Positions 23,814-35,353 of a DNA stretch of 64,000 nt are shown one piece after another; position 1 is the stretch's first letter, and each line of letters opens with the position of its first letter. The position numbers and the translations under genes are program-made. This stretch comes from Rhodosorus marinus CCMP1338 (lineage: Eukaryota; Plantae; Rhodophyta), in assembly GCA_029953675.1 (NCBI GenBank), contig JAMWBK010000004.1, forward strand, positions 2,542,001 through 2,606,000. The letters run 5' to 3'. The notes under the pieces were generated by a model that did no database searches, was not told the origin of the DNA, and worked only from the letters and a program-made list of their open reading frames with translations.

Positions 23814-25674
23814 TTACCCTCCAGCAGAAAAAACACAATTCGGGTACTTTGCCCAAGTGCGCTCCACCGCATCTGAAATAGATTGGTCCAGCTCTACATC
23901 GAACGCCGCCCGACACTCTTCGAGTTGAGCAATGGTCGTAACACCTAGACAGTGTTTGTAGGAGCCGATTTTAGCGGTCGGTGATCACAGCCGTAAGGAG
24001 CAAGAAGGCGAAAGCTCCTTACCAATAATAGTGCTACCAATAAACTTCTTGGAATTGTACCAGGCGAGCATCAAAGTCGTCATTGACATGCCATTCTCTT
24101 CCGCAATTTGATTGAGCTCGGGAATGGCCTGTTGGGAGCTGCGTCGAGAAAAGCAAACAGATATCATCCGATGCGCCATATGTCAGAATCAAGCGTTGCA
24201 TGTATATGGTTGTGCTACCATCAAGCTTGTAAAAAGCATAGATAACGCAAACAAGAGTAACAAAGGTGTTTCGTTCGACTTACCTTTTCGTAAAGAATCT
24301 GCCCATGAAGAAGGGATACAATTTGCCTCGGCTTCCTTCCGGTGCCTTTCCTCCAACATATTTACCAGTAAGTGCCCCTGTTTTTGCAATAAGGAGAGTG
24401 CGCACCCGTTTCTAAGAGGAACTGGATCTGGCAAATGAGCACAAACGTTAATTCATCCATCTTACCACCGCAAAGTACACTCCAGGGAAGAAGAGATATG
24501 TTATAATTCCTTGTGGCACATGCCTCTATGAGCTCTAGTTCAAACCTTGGAAACGAAGGCAAATTCGAAAGCGTTCGAATTGGTTAGAGAGACATTGCAA
24601 ATCGCCTGTCGCAAGATCTTACCTCCTGTCCATGAATGAATAGTGGTTCTGGATTGAAATGGGCCTGGGTACATTAAGCTTATCGCAGGCGTTGATGGCC
24701 TGACAGACTCCGAAAGTGTTGTCATTTCCTAGACCCCAGTACTTGATCTTCCCAGCTTTTATCAACTCTCCCATAGCAGCAACCGTTTCCTCTATGGGGA
24801 CATCTCCATCGCGCTGGAGGTCAGGGTTGAAGTGGACTGAACCAAAGATGTTTTGGTATCGATCAGGCCAGTGAAGCTGCGAAAGTCCATCCACTGAGTT
24901 CAGCGTCATCGAGATCAAGTTCAATCCTTTTCATCCGGGGCAACAGGTACGAACCTGGTAGACGTCAATGTAGTCTGTCTGGAGCCTCCGCAAGGATGCA
25001 TCGCAAGCTTTCAGGATGCTTTCTTTGTCCAACCTGCTTGGAAGTCCTTCCTCCTTTGTTGGAGGAGTCGATCTGATTTCCCTGTTTGCCACTGTTTCGC
25101 TTCGAGGACTAAAGCCGCTGACCTTGGTCGCGATGACAATCTTCTCCCGCATCCCAGGATTCTTTGCCATCCACGACGCTAGGAATTCCTCAGAGCGACC
25201 AGGTACCCAGTTCGGATCTGACGAAGGTACTGGATACCTAAAAAGAGCACAGAATTTAGGGAATTTGCATCGTACTTCGGACAATCCCGGATTTAGCTGT
25301 GACTACATACATTTCAGCTGTGTCCAAGAAATTGATGTCCATTTCCTTGATCGCCTTGTCCAAAATCTGATGAGTTAGCTCTTCCCCTGCTTGGATCCCG
25401 AAGGTCATCGTGCCCAGGCAGCACTCTGATACCTTTTAAAAAGGAAAAGGACAAAGAGATGATGTCATCAATGGTCCTTCGTAGCGGGTCACAACACCCC
25501 TCCGTCATCAAACAAATCCAGCGATCAACAGCAACAGGTCCTACTACCCACCTCGAGATCCGAACTTCCAAGCGTTCTTCTCTTCATCGAGCAGACAGTA
25601 GATGCAGAAAACCGACGTACGTTCACACCGCTCAGCGCCTGCGAAAAGCACAGATTCAAAATTCGACTCTGCAT
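23814..25674 (-). CDS. Aldo-keto reductase, Tas/AKR-type NADP(H)-dependent oxidoreductase, multi-exon
   Basis: [100 protein letters not shown]. The N-terminus is transit-peptide-like and the exact start is uncertain. Confidence 0.93.
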
Positions 25675-26325
25675 CAAAAAAAAGGAGACAAAAAACCCAC
25701 AAAAACACACCCGAAACCAATAACAAACAATCCTCCCTCCCAAGTGCAATTACTTCCACTTCCCCAAGATCACCCTCCCAAAGTCTTCCTTCTTCTCAAC
25801 GTATACACCCTCTTCACGCCTCCCACTGTCAACGGATCCATTCCAACCAACTTCATCGCCAGGATGGAGACCAATTCCAATCTCCAACCGATTTGCACGA
25901 ATTTCTATCACCAGCAAAAAGTCATATACTGAACCACAAAAAACTACTAGTTTCTGGATCCTAACTAGCAATCGATTGTTTTTATTTCACAAAAAAATAA
26001 TTAGTATATTCTAAAACAAAGATAGTGCTGCAAAAATATGAATAGTCTGGAAGACAACGAGTTTTTGGACGACTTTTAAATTACTACTTTTCATATTTTT
26101 CTTATCTAGGTAAATATCTCGATTTGAGTCGATTTATAAAGGAATTGGAGATTGTTTTTATATTTAAAATTACATAATATTCTAAAACAAGGTAGGTTTT
26201 CGAAAAGTAGGTGGAATTTGAGTAGCGGTGGTTTAAGTGGTTGTCAGGGCGATCGACATGAGCCTGCGCTCGAGTTAAGGGCGATGTCGTATTCGGCATA
26301 TGGATCCCCCACTGAATGAGAGGGG

Positions 26326-27704
26326 GTGGTTATGAGCTCAGCCTATGCAGAGGAGCTTGGGTCACTGAGGTCTCCCAATAGATGGATTCTTGTGAGGAGA
26401 GAGGACAAACCGCAAGGGAAAAGATGCTACCCCCTGGGGTGGTGTTTCCAACCGAAAGGAGCATTAGATGGCTCTGTCCAACTTTTCGAGGTTGGGATCA
26501 TCGCGAAGGGGTTCAGCGAACGAGAAGTGATCTGAGACGAGGAGGCCTTCTCACGGTGGCTGAGTATCGTAGATGAGGATCGACGGGGCCCATCTCAAGC
26601 TGAGGAATGATCCATGGAAAGACGCCCAGCACATGACGGTCGCCGTGAACCTGATGCGTAAGGGCGACGCTCCAGTAATTGAGATCCCCACCAGTTGTAG
26701 GAGGATACGAGCTCAGCCTATTCGGAGGACCTTAGCGACCCAAGAATTGATTCTAGAATATACAGGCTGTCGATTTGTTCCATACTGTCATATCCGACGA
26801 GACAGGTTCAGTAGTACGGCCAGAGTGCTACACCTAGCACGGACGGAGGGCAAAAGTGGAGAATCGAGACGAGATTTGGCCTTAGCCTAGAAACACCGCA
26901 ATCGGAAGATCTGCCGCCCAATTCTTCGCCGTGGAGTTGGGTCCGTACAGCAATTCGAACGGGATGACAACCCCGATAAAACTCTATCTCTCGGGGGCTG
27001 AGTTATTCTGGTTCTTCGGTTTTTTTTCTACTTACGATGCAACTCCGCGGCGATGAATGGGGCGGCAGACCTTCCGATTGCACTGCTCTCGTCTAACAGT
27101 CAAGTCTCAGAAGCCAAGGAATTTTCCTCGTTCGAATTGCTGTACGGACGCAACTCCACGGCGAAGAATTGGGTGGCAGACCTTCCGATTGCCTAGCTCT
27201 CGTATAACATTTCAAGTCTCAGAAGCCACAAAGCATTCCCCGTTCGAATTGCTGTACGGACACAACCCCACATTACCGCACGACCTCATCTTGCCGGACT
27301 ACATCAGCTCTGCAACTCCCTTACCCGAAGCTGCAATGGTGCTCCTACGTCGCCAACAAGATCAACAATCTTTGGCCCATGCAACCTACGTTACTCCCAG
27401 GATGTTTGCATCTCACGCTGCAGTACGCGCGTGAGATGCAAACATCTTGGTACGAACGAGATGATGGCTGCCATTCTCACGAAAGCACTCACCAAGGATC
27501 GGGCAGAGAAGCTGAGATCCGGTATTGGCGGCGTAGAGGGAGCGCTTCATCGATGGCACAAGGGCGAGGGGGAGTGTTGGCGGGTAATGACTTTGCGCCC
27601 TCTAGCGTAGTTGGGAGGGTCAGGCCGGGTTGCTAGGATAGTATATCCGGTGTATAGATAGTATACTGTAGGCCCGAAGTAGAATGAATGTTGAGGACCT
27701 CACA
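26326..27704 (+). mobile_element. Degenerate composite LTR-retrotransposon remnant: copia RT N-terminus + gypsy-type integrase fragment + copia RNase H C-terminus, PPT and probable 3' LTR
   Basis: 26326-26570: AYAEELGSL...WILV...GWCFQPK...DGSV...IIAKGFSEREVI*DEEAFS (copia RVT_2 start, in-frame stop). About 27050-27400: WVADLPIA*LSYN...SEATKHSPFELLYGHNPTLP (gypsy integrase-core end). 27437-27530: CKHLGTNEMMAAILTKALTKDRAEKLRSGIG (copia RNase H end). GAGGGGGAG then TGTTG at 27566-27579 is the typical PPT/LTR junction. LTR end (CA near 27704) is a guess. Confidence 0.8.
27034..27260 (+). repeat. Imperfect tandem duplication (about 110 bp unit) within the integrase fragment
   Basis: GCAACTCC.CGGCGA.GAAT.GG..GGCAGACCTTCCGATTGC, CAAGTCTCAGAAGCCA and TTCGAATTGCTGTACGGAC each occur twice about 110 nt apart. 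Confidence 0.9.
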
Positions 27705-28518
27705 AAAGGTCGCCATGCAATGGCAGGAATATATTACTTAGGCCCAAGTCGTGGGCTTTCAGGACAAGGAAACAGTAAAAAGAAGGCACCGAAGTTTGGA
27801 GAAATACAGCGGAGCTGAAGTAATCCCGACAGAATTCAATGACAAGACCAAGGAGCTGCTTTTCATTCTGAATTAAGTGCTTGGATCTGATACTTTTCAT
27901 TGGATGATCAGCGAAGAATTTGATAGATACTGAAAACTTATATTACAAATTTTGAAGTTCATGCCTGAATACTCTAAATTATTGCCGCAAAGAGTTTCCA
28001 ACATATATGTCCTACCCATAACTAGATCCTAAATGATCTTAATATAGAAATAATCCTAAATATATATATTTTTTTATTTTTGTGGTTAAGATTCAATATT
28101 TGAGATCAATGGTCCTCAATCCTAGATATAGATCTGTTCGTTTTTGATTGTTTTGATGGGATGTGATATTTTCTTTGTTTTTCGGTTATTCTAGTATCAG
28201 CTTGTTGCTGACACCAAGTGTAGGATTCGGCGAACAGATTCTCCGAGATACTTGGCGACGGTGTGGCTGTGCTAAAGGTGGTCAGGAGTATCTGTGGGCG
28301 TGAAGAGGGAGTGGGAAGGTGGAGGAGCTCCATAGTGTGCGGTCAGGCTTTAAAAGGTCCTTTTTGTTTTATGTGGACTTCCTTGGATTGTGGTTGGTTT
28401 TGGTTTTACGGGTCTTGTCGAGATATCAGATTCCAGTTTTGGTTTGGCCTTTGTGTGGACTGGTGAACCAGGCGGATTTTGTGCTTGGATGTTGCTTTTC
28501 GTTGGTGGTTGATCTAAG

Positions 28519-30547
28519 ATGGCGTCGCTACCAGTCGGTTCTGTAGATTATTTTCTGAACAAGAGGCATCTGCCCAGTTCCCAAGTTGAGCGTGTTCCGG
28601 ATGTTGAGGAGCTTGAGGATGAGGAACTGGACCTCGGGGTCGTGCCTTCGTCGCTCAGATCGGCGAATTTTATGCCACCTGGACATGACTACGGCATATT
28701 TGATTCATCGTTGGCGTCAGTTCCATCGCTCCAAAGCCCGCTTTTCAGTCCTGTGTATCAAGAATTGGGACGAATTAGTACATCAAAACTCGCGGAAAGG
28801 TCGGAGAAAGCAGAGGCGCTGAGGAAAAAGCTCCTTCGGAATTCAAATGTTCTGGTAGTCCAAGGGGGCTACTCGGGTAAAAAGTTCATCTACGACAGAC
28901 TGCAATCCCTAGGAGTAAATGTCACAATCATGGACGGTAAGGGGGCCAGCGAAACAAAGACACGTGCTTCCGCACTCCTCGCCAGTACCGCGCTCATGAA
29001 CGTCTCTTCATATTCTGGCCTTTTAGGACCTGACTCGTTTTGGAAGACCGAGGCGGAAGAGGGCAGGCTTCATGGCTTCATAGAGATTGACTTTTCTGAG
29101 ACCTCAACCGTGTTTCAACGAGCCCTAGAAAATGTTGCAATGGTCAATACCAAGTTTGATGCGGTAACTACTTACTATGAGGATGCTGTGCCATTAGCCA
29201 CAAGATTGGCGTACGCTTTGGGGTTTGATCTTAATCCAGTAGAAGCCTGTGATATCGCCAGGAACAAGAGGAAGACTCGCGAGGCGTTGAAAGCGAGCGG
29301 CCTTCCTTCCCCGGCCTTTTATCCCATCCATTCAGAGAGAGATCTGGATCCTGCTATCAAAACTGTTGGATTTCCTGCAGTTCTGAAACCCGCGGTGAGT
29401 GCTTTAGTACAAGAATCTCTAGTGGTTTCCTGTTCAACCAGAGAGAAATCGAGCTGAGCGTCCGACTGCCCGCATGCGAATCAGTATGGAGCTGCTAGTC
29501 TAGGAGTTTTCAAAGTGGAAGACGCAGATGAAGCAAAACGCATGTACGGAGAGATCATGGAAACTTTGAAGCCCGAGCTGGATCCAATCTGGACACAGGG
29601 TACAGAGATTCTTATGGAAGAGTTTTACGATGGAGACGAATTCGACGTTGACAGTAGGCATGCTCGAGTCCAATCAAGCAGTTCGCGGCCCGCAGCCTGA
29701 CAGCTGGAATTTTATTCGCTCTAGTCCTGTTGTTTGAAGGGAAGGCGGTCTACGCGAAACTCGCTGATAACTGGAAGTGTTGGGAACCTTGGTTTCAGGA
29801 AACAGCCGGAAACATGCCGTCCCTGCTCCCAGAGCCTGCTGCTCAGGAGCTTATTCAGCTGGCGGTTGACTCCACTCTTGCTGTAGGATTCCGTTACGGA
29901 GCCTTTCATGTAGAAGTCAAATGGACATCGCGTGGGCCTCGCTTGATTGAGATCAACGCTAGAATGGGAGGTGTATCCGTCCGATCTTCCAACCTCGAAG
30001 CTTGGGGTGTGGATTTGGTAGATCAGCACTGTATGGCGATGCTCAAGATACCCATCAATCCGGTCAGCACCATAGGAACTTTAAGCTCATCTGCTCCTCA
30101 TGCCCGAGCAAGAATGTAGATGCTAATTGCTCGCACGTGCTCGGATGTCCACAGGTTGTCCCAGAGAAAGGTCTCAAAATGCAGATGTCACTTGGATTGC
30201 TTTGTCCTTACGACGGTAAAGTCACAAACGACACCTGGTTGGAAGGAATTCGTGAGGACGAGCGGGTGATCTTCATTTCTTACGAAAAGAGTGTGGGCGA
30301 GACCGTAAATGGGCCGAAGGAAACCCTACCGGACTGGCTCGGAGAAGTGCGTGCTCTATTCCAAACAAAGGAGGAAATGGTGGAGTTTCTCGAGTCCAAA
30401 ATCATGACGCTGCAGGTTCCCGTCGAGGCCAAGCACGAGGAGGACGCAATAGATGCTCAGTTTTTCCTCCCCATGGAGCATTTCCCGTTTGCTCCAAGTA
30501 CATACGAGCTTACTCATCAAGATGGGCGCAACGGAGGTGCATGTTAG
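28519..30547 (+). CDS. Carnosine-synthase-like (CARNS1-like) ATP-grasp ligase, multi-exon
   Basis: ARNKRKTREAL, GFPAVLKPAYGAASLGV, LMEEFYDGDEFDVD, ADN...FQETAGNMPS, GAFHVEVKWTSRGPRLIEINARMGG and GVDLV match the CARNS1-type ATP-grasp order. Four GT-AG introns keep the frame. Confidence 0.85.
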
Positions 30548-30824
30548 AAAACGAGTGAACGGGCAAAGGCCCCATCAACGCCAAATAGCTAAAATTAAGA
30601 GGATTTACCATCTCCCCCCTTTCCCCCACCCCCATCCCCGCAATTGTTTCTGGCTGTTGCTTGCTCAAAATAAATCAATAATGTAGGAACGCAGAACAAC
30701 GGAGAATACCAAGTCCCCACTTCGAGAGGATGCCCGCAGTTTTAGGCACTAAGGAACAAAAAAAGACCCTCGACTATTGTACAACAGAAAAACAAAACTA
30801 AACCTCTTCGCGCCAGAGAGCTCA

Positions 30825-32221
30825 TCAAATCCCCGCTCCCATATGCTTGCATTCTGAGTGGTCATAGCTGTCGAGGACAAAATCGTCCCAGATGTACTTT
30901 GCCGGGAGTTCAAGACGGACTTGTTCTTGGGAGGTCATGGAATACGCAGGTTTCTTTCCGCCAATAAACCCCAACAGCTTGCATCCTGTCAAGAGTGGGC
31001 AAACACCGATTTCGAGTCAGAGGACTTTGAAATATCTCATGCCGAGCGCGGCGCGCTGTGACAAAGCCTCAGCCTTACCGGTGAGAACGAAAATAACACC
31101 GCAGAAGAGTCTCAACAAAGTTTCCGGCATTTTTAGGGCGAAGTTTCCTGCAACAAAACTCGTCCCCTCAGCTGAAGGCGGCTGCTTAGGCAGATGGCGG
31201 GGGTCGCTTAGCTTACCTCCGAGAAACGCTCCAATTGATACGCCGGTGAGTAATCCGGGCAAAACGTTTCCCCTCACACATCCCTGGCTTACATACGTCA
31301 GGCAGCCCATGATCGCCGGCAGAACCATAGCAGCAAGCGCTGTTCCTTGAGCTACCTTCTGTGTTAATCCCGCGAAAACAGTAAGGACTGGGACCATGAG
31401 CGTCCCTCCACCAATACCGAGAAGTCCTGAAATAAATCCGGTACCAGACCCAGCACCGAGGAGAATGCCAATCTGAGCACGTACAACAGTTCACGATCAG
31501 TGTTTAGAGCACCATTCTCCAAACCCGCTTCTAGTGGTCAGTCTCACCTTTGACGATGTAATCGTAGCAAGCTGTGCGGCAGTCGCCCCAGCGAACAAAG
31601 TGAACAAACTCTGAGCCTGAATAAATACCGCAAGAACAAGAAGGAAACCACCAAAACACGCACGCAGCTTCTTTGCATCGATTTTCTGCGATCGCATGGC
31701 TCCTAATCTGGCAGTGATTACAGCCGCGCCACACAATATGGCTGCTGCAAAATGGTTCACTGACCCACCACGGGCGTACGCAACGGAACCCAGGAATGAA
31801 GACAGAGCAACCGCTACGAGCGCAGTTCCATGAGCTTCATGTTGTGACAGCTTTAAAACCTTTCGAGCGGAAGGAAATCGTGTTCGTGTTAGTAGACACC
31901 AGCAAAGCATTCTTCAGATGAATAAAAGCAACGTACACTGGTCATCAACGGAGTTAAAACTATTCCACCCCCGGCACCTATCATAGAACCGATCAAACCT
32001 GCTGTGGCCCCGACGGAAAATGCCTTGACATTCAGGTTCCGCTGAGATAGCTCCACCGTCTCCGCAGCCTCTTCGATCTTGGTAACCCTCTTCTCCAGCG
32101 GGGCAAGCGTTTGAGCACTTGTGGATGCCCTTACAGTCGCTCGCGGAGTCAAACCAGATACCAACCGCCGTCCTCCATCCACGCCGGTCGGCACAGAAAC
32201 CAAAACAAAACCCACCCCCAT
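30825..32221 (-). CDS. TauE/SafE (TSUP) family transporter with predicted plastid transit peptide, multi-exon
   Basis: Duplicated motifs AGLIGSMIGAGGGIVLTP and SGLLGIGGGTLMVP, plus HEAHGTAL and VAQGTAL, KLRACFGGFLL and LLRLFCGVIF. N-terminus MGVGFVLVSVP...RATVRAS resembles an algal transit peptide. Confidence 0.9.
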
Positions 32222-33655
32222 CTCTCAAATTTCACGCCACGGACGGTCACGCCAAACAACGTTGGTACGGTTCCAAAGCCTCTCCTTCCCACCCACACTC
32301 CTGCTCTCCTCCCCAAAGTACAAACTTCACCCTTCAAAGTCCTCTACATGAACCCCACAGGCACCATCCTGGAAGCCGCCTTCTCCGCGATTTTGTCAAA
32401 CCTCCACACACGCTGCGAACAACGCTACTAAACCTCCAAAGCTTCTCCTTGCCACCTCAACACAACTTGCATCTTCAACCTGACTTTACCAAAAACAAAA
32501 CAATCGCTTTGTGTCCAAAAATAAAGTCAACATCTATCTTACGCACCGTATACAACTCAAAAGCCACATAAGAATACGTTGCTACACGTCCAAAGCCAAA
32601 CTCCATCCAAACACATACCACCCCTTCCCCAACCCCATCCTTCCCCACCTCAATATCTCACCATCAAACCTCACCTTTATCAGTTCAGCCCAAAAGACAT
32701 TTTTGATAACCCCCCCCCCGCTGAGAGAATACGTCAACACAAGACGTAAGACACGGAGGAAACCCCCGAAAACACCAAAAATTGAAGAGATGAAAAGATC
32801 CTAAGCAATATTGATTTTGATTAATTTGATCTCTCCTCCACAGAAACGTTTTCCATCTTGACGGCAAACGCGACCCCGATTCTTTTTTCCCCATACCCAA
32901 ATGTTTGTGTTTTTTATTACATTTTTATGACATATCATCGGAATTCTTGGATATGGTAGTAATTTTTTCCTTCAATTGAAACAGTCTTGACTGGGGTTGA
33001 AGAGGCTCAATATCAAAAAACATTTGTTTTGATAAGTATTTGACTCTTACGATCACGAATCGAATTTGGAGATCAAATATTCACCACACACTGTGAAAAT
33101 TCTTCTTCAAATTTTAGTCGATTGGATAACTTTTTTGCTAAATATTTTCTCGGTTTGACGAGATTTTTGTCTCTCTCAAGCATTTGGACCTTTTTTTATT
33201 TCTAATATATGATTTAAGAATTCATGTTTGGGAAAATATATGATCAATTATTATAAAAGTTGACATTCGGGACCGATGTGAATGAGATTGATTGGTCAAA
33301 ATATTCAGATCATTTTTTGATTGGATTTTGCATGTTGTGGCGAGAATGCATTGGTTATTAAATCGAAAAGGAATAATTGTATTTATTTTCAATGTATCTA
33401 GGACGTGTCGGACTTTGGGTATCTTAGCCAATGCGGTGGCACCCAGGATAAGCAGTAGGACTTGCCTGATGCTTCCACAGATTGTATGTCAAGCGGCGGG
33501 TTGTCTTCCAGTCAGGGCTTGACCTCTTGTTGATTCTGGTCGACAGCACGGTTCTTAGGTCCTCACCGATGAACGCTATCGACACTGGTATTCAGGAACG
33601 CCGCAAACATCGCCCATCTCTTATGTCGGGAGATTTCACGTGGTTCGTAAGTGCT

Positions 33656-35353
33656 CTAGAACGTGAAATCTTCCGTATGAATCTGCGCGGTAGGAATTCC
33701 TAGCTCTACCAGGCTGTACGAAATGTCGGACATAAACTCACCCGGGCCGCAAAGGTATGCATGGCAGTCAGACCGTTCAAAGTCCATGTTTTGGTCTAAA
33801 AGTCCTTTGTTGATCCTTCCTCGAATTCTTCCATCCTCCAAGGGTTCTGCATGATCGGTGACAGTCAGGATCACCCGCAAATTCTCGTTCCTTTCAGCCG
33901 CGCTGAGAAGCTCATCAGCGAAGCAGCGATCTTCTTCGTGGCGTTCAGAGTGGAAAAATCTGACGGTTACGTCCTTGTGTCCCTCCAGACCGCGAAGAAT
34001 GGATATTGCTGGAGTGATTCCTATTCCTGCGGAGACGAGCACGATCTCCTTTGGTAGTTCATCGAGCCCAATGAATGGAGACAGGTCACCACCGATTGCG
34101 GACACTTCATGATAAGTTAGGACGTCGATCTCATGCATCCATACCGAAGCTGTACCATTCTCCAACCGCTTCACGTATATCTCGAACTGGAAGTCCCCGC
34201 CCCCGTTTCTCGGCGGACGCGTCAGCGTCCAAGTCCGATTGAGAGTACCTGTTGGATGCTTCAAGTTGAAGCTCATGTACTGGCCGGGTTTAAAGCAGAT
34301 GCTGGTAGACCCCCAGAATATCATCTTTCGCACAGATCCTGATTTATTCGCGCTGTCCACTTGAGCGAGTTTCACGCTCAGCGGGAATAATTCGGACTTC
34401 GGCTTCATCGGGTTCCCCTGATTATGAGCGACATTGTACTTGGAGTACTCCTCAAACATCCACTCATAAGGAGAAGCACACGGGTGAAGCTTGCACTCCT
34501 TAACTTTGAACCTCATGACTCTTCCTGTCCCTTCCACGTCAGTGCGTCCCCATTCGCATTCTGCTTCTCCGGTGACTTGCAGAACATCACCGCTCTTTTC
34601 GTGGTCTACAAAGAGCAAACTAGCTCGGCGGTCGTTCATCAGATTGCCCAGCGACATGAACATCCCGTTACCCCCATATTCCGGCCATTCTATCTCAGTT
34701 GGTGACTTCGCCTGGATGAAACCTTCGTACCCGCCTCGGTGGCTTAAGTCACTATTGCCGTTCTTGTTGATTGTTCCCAGGAAAAAAGTATTAGAGTTGC
34801 TTATCTGTGCCATCGCCTCAGGTGAGAGCCGCTCACCTGACAGCGTTTCAATACCCATTTGAGTTCTTCTTCCGACAATTTTTCTGTGCTGTATGTACTT
34901 TGGGCAATTTCCAAACGCTTCTTCGACGCTGACCGCAACGTCCCCATCAGGACTGAATGCTGACAAGGTGCCGTTCGTCCTGTAACGACGTGCAATGTCG
35001 AATTTAATCGCTATCATACCCACCCTGCGATCTTTCGACCGCTCAACGTTTTCCAAAAACGGATCACCCGGTACAACCATGGCCTTGCTCATCTTCACCG
35101 TCAATGTCTTTGGGTCCTGCGCGTGAAGAAATCCAGACTCCCCAGATATTTCGCTAACCCAAAGATTCCCACTCTCATCTATCGTGCTCATATATACCGT
35201 CCTAAGCTCATGAAAAAAATCATTCCTACCAAGAACAACATCAATCTCCGTCTTGATGTAGGAGTTGAGCCTGCTCGCAGTCTCAGCCGTCCCATCGCGC
35301 TTTTGCAGAGCTAGCTCTCCAGAGTGAAAAGCATATCCAGTCGCCACATGCAT
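33656..35353 (-). CDS. Intronless fusion of PNPOx-like FMN-binding split-barrel domain(s) with an FNR-like FAD/NAD(P)-binding reductase domain
   Basis: 565-codon uninterrupted ORF. FHSGELALQ, EEAFGNCPKYIQ, DLSHRGGYEGF, WPEYGGNGMFMSLGNL...ASLLFVD...DVLQVTG mark the PNPOx-related family. FKPGQY, RTWTL, GTASVWMH, LVSAGIGITPA, YLCGP and IHTEDF mark the FNR family. Confidence 0.92.
   Translation of the reverse strand: MHVATGYAFHSGELALQKRDGTAETASRLNSYIKTEIDVVLGRNDFFHELRTVYMSTIDESGNLWVSEISGESGFLHAQDPKTLTVKMSKAMVVPGDPFLENVERSKDRRVGMIAIKFDIARRYRTNGTLSAFSPDGDVAVSVEEAFGNCPKYIQHRKIVGRRTQMGIETLSGERLSPEAMAQISNSNTFFLGTINKNGNSDLSHRGGYEGFIQAKSPTEIEWPEYGGNGMFMSLGNLMNDRRASLLFVDHEKSGDVLQVTGEAECEWGRTDVEGTGRVMRFKVKECKLHPCASPYEWMFEEYSKYNVAHNQGNPMKPKSELFPLSVKLAQVDSANKSGSVRKMIFWGSTSICFKPGQYMSFNLKHPTGTLNRTWTLTRPPRNGGGDFQFEIYVKRLENGTASVWMHEIDVLTYHEVSAIGGDLSPFIGLDELPKEIVLVSAGIGITPAISILRGLEGHKDVTVRFFHSERHEEDRCFADELLSAAERNENLRVILTVTDHAEPLEDGRIRGRINKGLLDQNMDFERSDCHAYLCGPGEFMSDISYSLVELGIPTAQIHTEDFTF

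Noticed and set aside
28519-30547. ATP-grasp gene as part of a mycosporine-like amino acid (MAA) cluster
   Set aside because: Motifs fit the CARNS1 type, and no sugar-phosphate cyclase, O-methyltransferase or D-Ala-D-Ala-ligase-like gene is present in the window.
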